From Candidatus Methylomirabilota bacterium (lineage in GTDB: Bacteria > Methylomirabilota > Methylomirabilia > Rokubacteriales > CSP1-6), in assembly GCA_046726415.1 (NCBI GenBank), contig JBKPAK010000024.1, forward strand, positions 23,605-87,604: a stretch of 64,000 bases of DNA. Reading direction: 5' to 3'. Below the pieces are notes generated by a model. That model saw only the letters and a list, made by a program, of their open reading frames with translations. It searched no databases and had not been told where the DNA came from. Each line of letters opens with the position of its first letter. Position 1 is the first letter of the stretch. Shown here one piece after another: positions 35,919 through 44,489 of this stretch. The position numbers and the translations under genes were made by a program.

Positions 35919-37730
35919 TCAGACGCGGAGGGCGTCCTCCTCGATCTCCAGGGCCCGGATGGTCTCCGCCGTGGGCACTCCCGTGTCGGAATCCCAGCCC
36001 TGCTCGACGTAGTACTCGGTAACGATCGCCGCCTGCTGGGCCTCCGTGAGCCCCACGTGCTTGGGCAGCGGATCGGAAAAGCGCTTCGGCAGCCGGTCGT
36101 CGGCCCGGGTGAAGCCCTCGCGTTGATTGAAGAGTCGCGCCAAGGTGAGTCCCCGGCGGGCCGTAGTGGCCATCTCCTCCGGCGTCGCCCCCCAGCCAGT
36201 CACCGCGTTCAGGATATCGAGGGATTGGGCGTCGTCGTAGGCCAGGAAGTGACAGATCCCGACCTGGTTGCGCAGCCCATTGCGCGCCCCGCTCTGCCGC
36301 ATGTGATCGCCCCCGGTGGGCGCCAGGAGATACGACGCCCGCATCACCGGCATGTGACGGGGATCGTGCATGGCCATCTCCATGCCCTTCACCGTGGTGA
36401 GGAACGCCTCCGAGCCGCGCCCGATCCGCTGCGCCGCCCGCTGAGATCCCTCGGCGAGGAGATCGCCGACCCCTCGCCGATAGGCGATCATCTCGATGAG
36501 CTTCACCACGCCGTCGGCGTCGTGGAAGTGCAGCGGGAAGCCGTCCGTGTCGTCGAGGGTGAGGAGGCCGTGCTCGAAGCACTCCATGGCCCAGGCGATG
36601 GTGGCGCCCATCGAGACGGTGTCGAGACCGAGGTAGTTCGACATCTCGTTGGACTTGCAGACGGCGATGAGATCGTCGAGCCCGAGATTGACACCGAGCG
36701 CGGCCAGCGATTCGTACTCGGGGCCGCCGTACTTCGGATCCACCCGGTAGCGTCCCTTGGGGTCGAAGGCCACCCGCACCTTCCCGCCATACAGGCTCTC
36801 GGCCTGGCGCGCCACCTCCTCCTTTTCCTCGATGTGCACGACCTTCTTGCAGCGCACCGAGCAGGCGTAGCAGGCCTTCATCTGCACCCGCACCTGGTCC
36901 CGCACGGCAATGGCGTCGATCTTGGCCACGTGCTCGAACGCGCCCTGGCGATAGTTCAGGGTGGGCATGCCGCCCTCGAGATTCTTGCCCTGCATGGCCG
37001 CCCCGGTGCCGAACTCGTGGAAGGCCCGGTGGTTCTGGTCCATGGTGGACGAGACCCATTTGGCCACGGCGGTGAGTCCCTTGGGGTCGGCGATCTTCAC
37101 CGGGATCTTGCCCCGCACGGCGATGGCCTTGAGCCGCTTCGACCCCATGACCGCGCCGAGGCCCGTACGGCCGGCCACCTCATTCAGGTCGTTGGCGATG
37201 CAGGCGAAGCGCACGAGGTTCTCGCCGCCCGGGCCGATCTGGGCGACCCGGATGCGGGGATCGCCCAGTTCCTCGATGATCGCTTCCTCCACCTCGCCGG
37301 TGATGCGCCCCCAGAGATGCGCGGCGTCGCGGATCTCCACCGCGCCGTCGCTGATCCAGAGGTATACCGGCGTTGGCGACACGCCGTGGACGACGATGCC
37401 ATCCCAGCCCGCGCGCTTCAGCTCGGCGCCCCAGAAGCCGCCGGACTCCGATTCGCCGAAGCCGCCGGTGAGGGGCGACTTGGCCCCCACGCTGTGACGT
37501 CCGGCCCCCGGCACAGGAGCGCCCGTCAGCACGCCTGCGGCAAAGATCAGAATGCTGTCCGGGCCGAGCGGGTCGGCGCCCTTGGGGACGTACTTCAGCA
37601 GATAGTGGGCGATCGTACCTCGCCCCCCTCCGTAGCGGCGAAAGAAGGCGTCGCCCGGCTCCTCGATCCACGTGGTCTGGTCGGACAGGTTCACGTGCAG
37701 CATCTTGTTCCAGTACCCGAATCGATCCAT
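35919..37730 (-). CDS. aor: Tungsten-type aldehyde:ferredoxin oxidoreductase family protein
   Basis: KSPLTGG, GPGGENLV, GRTGLGAVMGSKRLKA, CYACSVRC, GPEYE, LGLDTVS, HDPR, GICHF, DDRLP. Confidence 0.9.
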   Translation of the reverse strand: MDRFGYWNKMLHVNLSDQTTWIEEPGDAFFRRYGGGRGTIAHYLLKYVPKGADPLGPDSILIFAAGVLTGAPVPGAGRHSVGAKSPLTGGFGESESGGFWGAELKRAGWDGIVVHGVSPTPVYLWISDGAVEIRDAAHLWGRITGEVEEAIIEELGDPRIRVAQIGPGGENLVRFACIANDLNEVAGRTGLGAVMGSKRLKAIAVRGKIPVKIADPKGLTAVAKWVSSTMDQNHRAFHEFGTGAAMQGKNLEGGMPTLNYRQGAFEHVAKIDAIAVRDQVRVQMKACYACSVRCKKVVHIEEKEEVARQAESLYGGKVRVAFDPKGRYRVDPKYGGPEYESLAALGVNLGLDDLIAVCKSNEMSNYLGLDTVSMGATIAWAMECFEHGLLTLDDTDGFPLHFHDADGVVKLIEMIAYRRGVGDLLAEGSQRAAQRIGRGSEAFLTTVKGMEMAMHDPRHMPVMRASYLLAPTGGDHMRQSGARNGLRNQVGICHFLAYDDAQSLDILNAVTGWGATPEEMATTARRGLTLARLFNQREGFTRADDRLPKRFSDPLPKHVGLTEAQQAAIVTEYYVEQGWDSDTGVPTAETIRALEIEEDALRV

Positions 37731-37746
37731 AGGTCCTCCCGGAGGA

Positions 37747-38016
37747 TCCGCCTTCCATGGGACTGAGGAGCATCACGTCAGCGCCGTCGCGAAGCACGTC
37801 GCCGCGGTCGGCCAGCTCTCCGTTGACCCCCACGGTGACGTCATAGGCCGCCTCGACGCCGATGGTGTCGAGGAGATCGCCCACGGTCGAGCCGGGGGGC
37901 AGGGTGTAGCGCTGCGGGCCATCGGCGCCGCGCGGGAGAAACCGGCGCAGGTCGGCAAACAGCGTCACGCTCACGGTGATGGACGAAGCCTGGGTCCGGG
38001 GCGTCGGAGTCGGCAT
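37747..38016 (-). CDS. moaD: MoaD/ThiS ubiquitin-like sulfur carrier (no stop after GG; frame stays open to 37180)
   Basis: VTLFADLRR, TVGDLL, VNGE, LRDGADV.LLSPMEGG. Confidence 0.8.
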
Positions 38017-38116
38017 GTCGTGGACTCGTCGCGTGGTAGGCATCTTACTCGACTTCATCCCACCGAGCGACCTGCCCTAGAATCGAGCGGCGGTTCATCA
38101 CTCGCGGAGGATCTTC

Positions 38117-38698
38117 ATGGCGCCACCTGTCGACCCCAACGTGCTGCTCATGACCGGCGAGAACTCCTTCATCCGTCTGAGCAAAGACGGCGGGAAGACC
38201 CCGTCCGACCGCTTCAGCCACTGGCGCGTGCTCTGGTGCCCGGCCGGACCGGGGCACACGCTCTTCGTCCAGAGCGAGCTGTCCGGCGGCCAGGTGCGCA
38301 TCTACGCCGACAACGCCGCGGTGGCGCGCTGGCTGCAGAGTGCCATCGAGACGCTGCTCCATCCGCCATTTGCGGACGCGAGCCTGCCCATCATCGACGC
38401 CACCTTCGAGCGGGCCGGCGATCCACGCTCGGCGGCCACCGAACGCGTGGTGTCAGCGGACGCCGACATTCTGCTGACCTGGTACGACTTCATCGAGGGC
38501 TTCGTCCTCAACGCACCACCCGGTTTCAACAACCGGCCCATCGGCGTCTTCTCGACGTTCTTTCCCGCGCGCTCGGCCCAGGTCTGCCTGAACGGCCGGT
38601 TTGCCGAAGGCAAGCCGTGGCTGGAGATGCGAGGCGACCGGCAGGGCTCGAGCGCCTGCCTCGCCTGGTCGGAGACGTGGGTGAAGCCGCGCGGGTAG
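38117..38698 (+). CDS. Hypothetical protein
   Basis: SD GGAGGA; 193 aa, beta-rich, ends LAWSETW. Confidence 0.8.
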   Translation: MAPPVDPNVLLMTGENSFIRLSKDGGKTPSDRFSHWRVLWCPAGPGHTLFVQSELSGGQVRIYADNAAVARWLQSAIETLLHPPFADASLPIIDATFERAGDPRSAATERVVSADADILLTWYDFIEGFVLNAPPGFNNRPIGVFSTFFPARSAQVCLNGRFAEGKPWLEMRGDRQGSSACLAWSETWVKPRG

Positions 38699-38730
38699 GG
38701 CGCGGCTCAGGCGACACGCGGGCGCTGCGC

Positions 38731-38759
38731 TTGACGCGTCCGCCAAGCTCATCTAACTT
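38731..38759 (+). promoter_or_regulatory. Sigma70-like promoter of the aminotransferase gene
   Basis: TTGACG-17-TAACTT, then SD AAGGAGGAGG. Confidence 0.5.
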
Positions 38760-38791
38760 CGCCCCCGAGCGGTAAGGAGGAGGCCAAACCC

Positions 38792-39718
38792 ATGGCAGAG
38801 CTGAAGATCTGGATGGACGGAAAGCTGGTGCCTCAGGCGCAGGCGGTGTTGCCCGTGAACACGGCCGCCGTCTTCTACGCCAGTAACGTGTTCGAGGGCC
38901 TGCGCGCCTACTGGAACGAGGCCGACGAGGAGTTGTACTGCTTCCGTCTGGACGAGCACTTCGCGCGGCTGCGCGAATCCATGAAGATGATGCGCTTCAC
39001 CGTGCCGTACAGCGACACCGACCTGCACGCGGCCGTCCACGAGGTGCTGGCTGGCAACCAGGTGCGCGAGGACATCCACATGCACATGGTCGCCTACGTC
39101 CTGGGAGCTGGCCTGGAAGCCACCTCCCCGACTGGGCTCTACATCAACCCGCGGCGGCGCGGGCGTCTGACCGAGGGCAGCGGGCTGCACTGCTGCGTCA
39201 GCTCGTGGGCACGCACCAACGACAACGCCATCCCCATCCGCCTCAAATGCGGCGCCAACTACCAGAACGGCCGGCTCGCCATCCTGCAGGCCAAGGCCGA
39301 CGGCTACGACGCCCCCATCTTGCTGAATCAGCAGGGCAAGGTGGCCGAGGGAACGGGCGCGACGTTCTTCATGGTGCGCAAGGGCAAGCTGGTCACCCCA
39401 CCCATCACCAGCGACATCCTGGAATCGATCACGCGCACCACCCTCATCGAATCCATCTGCCCGGATATGCTGGGCATGGAGGTCGTGGAGCGCGAGATCG
39501 ACCGGACCGAGCTGTATGTCGCCGAAGAAGCGTTCCTCTGCGGCAGTGGCTACGAGATCACGCCGATCCTCTCGATCGACCGCTTTGCGATGAGCGCTGG
39601 CCAGGGGGTGGGACCGATCACCCAGAAGCTCCTCACCGCGTACATGAACATCGTCCGCGGAGCGGATAAGCGCTACTCGGAGTGGCGCACGCCGGTCTAT
39701 CGGAAAGCGAACCGATAA
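38792..39718 (+). CDS. ilvE: Class IV PLP aminotransferase (branched-chain amino acid aminotransferase-like)
   Basis: VFEGLRAY, FRLDEH, KCGANY, ILESITR, EEAFLCG. Confidence 0.8.
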   Translation: MAELKIWMDGKLVPQAQAVLPVNTAAVFYASNVFEGLRAYWNEADEELYCFRLDEHFARLRESMKMMRFTVPYSDTDLHAAVHEVLAGNQVREDIHMHMVAYVLGAGLEATSPTGLYINPRRRGRLTEGSGLHCCVSSWARTNDNAIPIRLKCGANYQNGRLAILQAKADGYDAPILLNQQGKVAEGTGATFFMVRKGKLVTPPITSDILESITRTTLIESICPDMLGMEVVEREIDRTELYVAEEAFLCGSGYEITPILSIDRFAMSAGQGVGPITQKLLTAYMNIVRGADKRYSEWRTPVYRKANR

Positions 39719-39762
39719 CGACGGCGGGCCGGTCCATAAGACCGGCCCCATCGGGTGTTCCC

Positions 39763-41364
39763 TCAGGCGGGCGTGAGGAGGCGGCCGGTTGCGGCGGCGT
39801 GCATGCGCCCGCCGTCCACCACGACAGTGCCATTGACCACCACGTACGGAATGCCAGTCGGGTAGCAATGCGGATCCGCGTAGGTCGACTCGTCCTTCAC
39901 GGTGGCCGGATCGAACACCGCGATGTCAGCGGCATAGCCAGGCCGTAGCAGCCCGCGCTCCCTGAACCGCAGCCGCTGGGCGGGCATGCCCGTCATCTTG
40001 TGGATGGCCGTTTCCAGTGAGAAGAGACCGCGCTCGCGCGCGTACTCCCCCAGCACCCGAGGGAATGTCCCGTACATGCGTGGGTGGGGCTTGCCGGGGC
40101 GCGGCCCCTCGCCCTCCGAGAGGCCAATGGAGTCGGAGCCGATCATGATGGCGGGATGCGCGAGGACCTTGGCCACGTTTTCGAGATTTTGCGAGAACGA
40201 CACCATGCCCACGGTCGCCTTCTGGTCGAGCAGCAGGTCCATCAGGGCCTCGGCCGGTGTCCCGCCGGTCAGCCGGGCGAGGGCGGCCAGGGTGAGGCCC
40301 TCCAGCTCGTGGCGACGGCAGGTGGCGATCTGGATCTCATCGAAACCGACGGCCCCCTGCGAGAGGGTCCCCCAGCGCTCGCCGTCGACCAGACACTCCT
40401 CCACGATGCGCCGCCGCGTGGCCCGGTCGGCCAGCCGCTCCAGCAGCTTTGGGATACCGCCGTCGTGAACCCACGCGGGCATCAGGTTGTCCATCTTGGT
40501 GCTGCCGGCGTGATACGGATACACGTCGCCCGTCACGTCGACCCCACGCGCGCGGGCCTCGTCGATGAGCCGCAGGACGCGGTCCATCTTGCCCCAGTTC
40601 TCGCGCCCGCCCACCTTGACGTGCGCGATTTGCACGCCGACGTCGCTCTCCTCTCCGATGCGGATGGCCTCGCGAATCGAGTCCTCCACCATGCCACTCT
40701 CTCCGCGCACGTGGGAGAAGTAGAGGCCGCCGCGCCGGGCCATGGAGCGGGCGAGGGCGACCAGTTCCGGCGTTGCGCTGTACCCACTCGGCGGATACAC
40801 GAGCCCCGTGGAATACCCGTAGGCCCCAGCGTCCATGGCCTCGGCCAGCAGCCGCTCCATGGCGCGAAGGTCGTCCCCGGTGACCGGCCGGTTTTCCGCT
40901 CCAACGGTGGCGAGCCGGAGGGCCCCGTGCCCCACGAACTGCGCGATGTTGATCGACGGCGCTCGGGCCCGAAGGGCATCGAGATACTCGGGAAACGCCT
41001 CCCAGCGGAAGTCGACGGACGCCCCGATGCCCCCGGCCCAGCTGCGCACCATGTCTGCGCGCCCGGGGGCGATCGGCGCTGGCGAGAAGGAGCACATCCC
41101 GACCACTTCGGTGGTGCAGCCCTGGCGGATCTTCGACTCCGCTGACGGGCAGCCGAAATAAAAAAGGTCGGAGTGCGAGTGGGCGTCGATGAAGCCGGGC
41201 GCCACCACATGGCCCGTGGCATCGATGGTGCGGGTGGCCAGGCCGTCCAGACCCCGGCCGATGGCGACGATCCGGTCGCCCTCGACCGCCACGTCGGCCC
41301 GCTCCCGCGGGGCGCCGCTGCCATCGATGACGGTGCCACCGCGGATCAAGAGCGACCAGGCCAT
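39763..41364 (-). CDS. N-acyl-D-amino-acid deacylase (D-aminoacylase)
   Basis: APGFIDAHSH, VGHGALR, STGLVYPP, SHVR, DVYPY, GSD, HPRMYGTFPR. Confidence 0.9.
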   Translation of the reverse strand: MAWSLLIRGGTVIDGSGAPRERADVAVEGDRIVAIGRGLDGLATRTIDATGHVVAPGFIDAHSHSDLFYFGCPSAESKIRQGCTTEVVGMCSFSPAPIAPGRADMVRSWAGGIGASVDFRWEAFPEYLDALRARAPSINIAQFVGHGALRLATVGAENRPVTGDDLRAMERLLAEAMDAGAYGYSTGLVYPPSGYSATPELVALARSMARRGGLYFSHVRGESGMVEDSIREAIRIGEESDVGVQIAHVKVGGRENWGKMDRVLRLIDEARARGVDVTGDVYPYHAGSTKMDNLMPAWVHDGGIPKLLERLADRATRRRIVEECLVDGERWGTLSQGAVGFDEIQIATCRRHELEGLTLAALARLTGGTPAEALMDLLLDQKATVGMVSFSQNLENVAKVLAHPAIMIGSDSIGLSEGEGPRPGKPHPRMYGTFPRVLGEYARERGLFSLETAIHKMTGMPAQRLRFRERGLLRPGYAADIAVFDPATVKDESTYADPHCYPTGIPYVVVNGTVVVDGGRMHAAATGRLLTPA

Positions 41365-41366
41365 GA

Positions 41367-41801
41367 CTACTCCTCGGCGATGGCGACCGTGACCATGCGG
41401 TCTCCCTGCTTGATGCGATCCACGTGTTCCATACCGCTGGTGACCTGACCAAATACGGTGTACTGGCCGTCCAGGTGCGGCGTGGAACCGTAGCAGATGT
41501 AGAACTGGCTCCCCGCCGAATCGGGATGCTGGCTGCGGGCCATGGCCACCGAACCGCGAACGTGCTTCTGTTTGTTGAACTCCGCCGGGATGGTGTAGCC
41601 CGGGCCCCCGGTGCCATTGCCTTTGGGATCGCCCCCCTGCACGACGAAGTCCGGCACGACGCGGTGAAAGGTCAGGCCGTCGTAGAAGCCCTTCTTGGCC
41701 AGGGTGATGAAGTTCTCCACCGTCTTGGGGGCGTCGGCCGGAAAGAACTGCATCCGGATCTCCCCGCCCTTCTGGAGCGTGATGACCGCTGTCTGCTTCA
41801 C
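41367..41801 (-). CDS. Cyclophilin-type PPIase (cytoplasmic)
   Basis: [33 protein letters not shown]. Confidence 0.93.
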   Translation of the reverse strand: MKQTAVITLQKGGEIRMQFFPADAPKTVENFITLAKKGFYDGLTFHRVVPDFVVQGGDPKGNGTGGPGYTIPAEFNKQKHVRGSVAMARSQHPDSAGSQFYICYGSTPHLDGQYTVFGQVTSGMEHVDRIKQGDRMVTVAIAEE

Positions 41802-41889
41802 CCGGTTCTCCTCGCGTAGGAGCGATGGCGCCTACGCCTCGTGTCGTGAATGATGCCCATTCGGCGCTTCGCCGGCTCGGTAGGCCGGC

Positions 41890-42438
41890 CTACTTGATGA
41901 TCTTGACGGACGCGATGCGGTCGCCCACTTTGATGGAATCGAGGGCGCTCATGCCGCTCACGACCTTGCCGAACACGGTGTACTTGCCATCCAAGAAATT
42001 GGCGGGGGCCAGCGTGATGTAGAACTGGCTTCCCGCCGAGTCGGGATCCTGCGTCCGGGCCATGGCAATGACCCCGCGTTCGTGCGGCCGCTTGTTGAAC
42101 TCCGCTTTGATCTTGTAGCCCGGCCCGCCCGTGCCGAGGCCGGGGTCGCCGGGTTTGAGGGTCTTCGACTGCGGATCGCCCGCCTGCACCACGAACCCCG
42201 GCTCGACGCGGTGAAAGAACTGGCCGTCGTAGAAGCCCTGACTTGCGAGCTTCACGAAGTTCTCGACGGTCTTGGGCGCGTCGTCGGAGAAGAATTCGAG
42301 CTGGATCTCGCCGCCCTTCTGCAGGGTGATCACCGCCCCCTTGGCCTTCTCCTGGGACCCTACGGCGCCCGCGAGCACGAGATTCACCGCCAGCCCCAGG
42401 CTCAACAGCACTGCGAATCCCATCACGCGATGACGCAT
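41890..42438 (-). CDS. Cyclophilin-type PPIase with signal peptide
   Basis: [18 protein letters not shown] leader; same cyclophilin motifs. Confidence 0.92.
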   Translation of the reverse strand: MRHRVMGFAVLLSLGLAVNLVLAGAVGSQEKAKGAVITLQKGGEIQLEFFSDDAPKTVENFVKLASQGFYDGQFFHRVEPGFVVQAGDPQSKTLKPGDPGLGTGGPGYKIKAEFNKRPHERGVIAMARTQDPDSAGSQFYITLAPANFLDGKYTVFGKVVSGMSALDSIKVGDRIASVKIIK

Positions 42439-42641
42439 GGGCGTCCTCCTCAATGGCGACCATTCTATCGCGGTCCTCTCCCCCTTTCGGCACAAGGGCC
42501 TCCACGTGCACCGGGAGTGCGAGCCCGAGGTCGAACGACCGACACAACAGGTCCCTGCTGCTGGCCGCCAAGGTGACGAAACTGCGACGGAAGGTCGACG
42601 AACCTGCCGAACCGGCGGAACCCGCGTGGTACGATGAATCG

Positions 42642-44441
42642 ATGCAGCAGCGCGAGAATATTCGAAACATCGCCATCATCGCCCACGTCGATCACGGGAA
42701 GACCACCTTGGTCGACGCCATGCTGTGGCAGTCGGGGCTCTTCCGCGAGAACCAGTCCGTGGCCGAACGGGTCATGGACTCCATGGACCTGGAGCGCGAG
42801 AAGGGCATCACCATCATGGCCAAGAACACGGCCATCACCTACCGGGGCGTCCACGTCAACATCGTGGACACCCCCGGTCACGCCGACTTCGGCTCCGAGG
42901 TCGAGCGCACGCTCACCCTCGTCGACGGCGTGCTCCTGCTGGTGGACGCCGCCGAGGGGCCTCTGCCGCAAACGCGCTTCGTCCTCAAGAAGGCGCTGGA
43001 GGCGGGCCTTCCGCCCATCGTGGTCGTCAACAAGATCGACCGCAGCGACGCCCGCCCCGCCGAGGTCCTGGACGAGATCTACGACCTCTTCATCGATCTC
43101 GACGCCACCGAGGAGCAGCTCGACTTTCCCGTGCTCTATACAAACGCGCGCGCGGGCACCGCCACTCGCGATCTGAAGGTGTCCGGCACGACCTTGGAAC
43201 CGCTGTTCGAGACCATTCTGGCCACCGTCCCGCCCCCGCACTTCGATCCGGCCATCGGCCTCCAGTTCCGCGCGGCCATGCTCGATTGGGACGACTACGT
43301 GGGCCGCCTCGTCATCGGCCGCATCGTGAACGGCCACGCGCGTCAGGCCGATCGAGTGTCGGTGGTGCATCACGACGGATCGGTGGAGCCGGCCAAGGTG
43401 ACCGTCCTCTACGGCTACGAGGGCCTCAAGCGCATCGAGATTCTGGAGGCAAGCGCGGGGGACCTGGTGGCCATGGCCGGCATCGAGACGATCGAGATCG
43501 GCGAGACGATAGCCGACCTGGAGAGCCCGCTGGCCCTGCCCCCGATTCGCGTGGACGAGCCGACGGTGTCGATGCTGTTCTCGTCGAGCGTCTCGCCGTT
43601 CGCCGGCCGGGAGGGCAAGTACGTGACCTCCACCCAGCTCCGCGAGCGCCTGGGGAAGGAGCGGCGGGTCAACGTGGGCATCCGCGTGGAGGAGACGGAT
43701 TCGCCCGACACCTTCCGGGTCTCGGGACGCGGCGAGCTACAGCTCGCCATTCTGATCGAGATGATGCGGCGCGAGGGCTTCGAGGTCGAGGTCGGAAAGC
43801 CGGAGATCATCACCCGCCAGGAGCAGGGTCGATCGCTCGAGCCGATGGAGCACCTGGTGATCGACATCCCGGAGGAGTACATCGGCGCAGTCACCCAGAA
43901 GATCGGGCCCCGGCGGGGGGTCATGACCAAGATGGTCAATCACGGCACCGGTCGCGTGCGCCTCGAATATCGCATCCCCGCCCGTGGGCTCATCGGCTAC
44001 CGCACGGAATTCCTCACCGACACGCGGGGCACCGGACTCCTCAATCACCTCTTCGACGGCTGGGACGAATGGCAGGGCGACATCGCGCATCGCCAGAACG
44101 GCGCGCTGGTGGCCGACCGGCTTGGACGCACCACGTCCTACGCCATCGACCACCTCCAGGAGCGCGGGGTGATGTTCGTGGGGCCTGGCGAACAGGTCTA
44201 CGAGGGGCAGATCGTCGGCGAGAACGCGCGCGACAACGACATGGACGTCAACATCACCAAGGAGAAGAAGCTCACCAACATGCGCTCCTCCACCGCGGAG
44301 GAAGGGGTGAAGCTCACGCCCCCCCACAGCATGAACCTCGAGCAGTGCCTGGAGTGGATCCGAGAAGACGAGCTGCTCGAAGTGACGCCGAAGTCGCTGC
44401 GCCTGCGCAAGCGCGCCCTCAGCGGCCGCCGCCGCTTCTGA
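42642..44441 (+). CDS. typA: Translational GTPase TypA/BipA
   Basis: [37 protein letters not shown]. Confidence 0.96.
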   Translation: MQQRENIRNIAIIAHVDHGKTTLVDAMLWQSGLFRENQSVAERVMDSMDLEREKGITIMAKNTAITYRGVHVNIVDTPGHADFGSEVERTLTLVDGVLLLVDAAEGPLPQTRFVLKKALEAGLPPIVVVNKIDRSDARPAEVLDEIYDLFIDLDATEEQLDFPVLYTNARAGTATRDLKVSGTTLEPLFETILATVPPPHFDPAIGLQFRAAMLDWDDYVGRLVIGRIVNGHARQADRVSVVHHDGSVEPAKVTVLYGYEGLKRIEILEASAGDLVAMAGIETIEIGETIADLESPLALPPIRVDEPTVSMLFSSSVSPFAGREGKYVTSTQLRERLGKERRVNVGIRVEETDSPDTFRVSGRGELQLAILIEMMRREGFEVEVGKPEIITRQEQGRSLEPMEHLVIDIPEEYIGAVTQKIGPRRGVMTKMVNHGTGRVRLEYRIPARGLIGYRTEFLTDTRGTGLLNHLFDGWDEWQGDIAHRQNGALVADRLGRTTSYAIDHLQERGVMFVGPGEQVYEGQIVGENARDNDMDVNITKEKKLTNMRSSTAEEGVKLTPPHSMNLEQCLEWIREDELLEVTPKSLRLRKRALSGRRRF

Positions 44442-44489
44442 GCTCCCGGGGGTTGCCAGCCATCGCGGGCCGCACCGTAGGAGGTGCCG

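Noticed and set aside
42600-42626. Three GAACC direct repeats with 9-bp period before the typA promoter
   Set aside because: Too short to distinguish from chance without comparative data.
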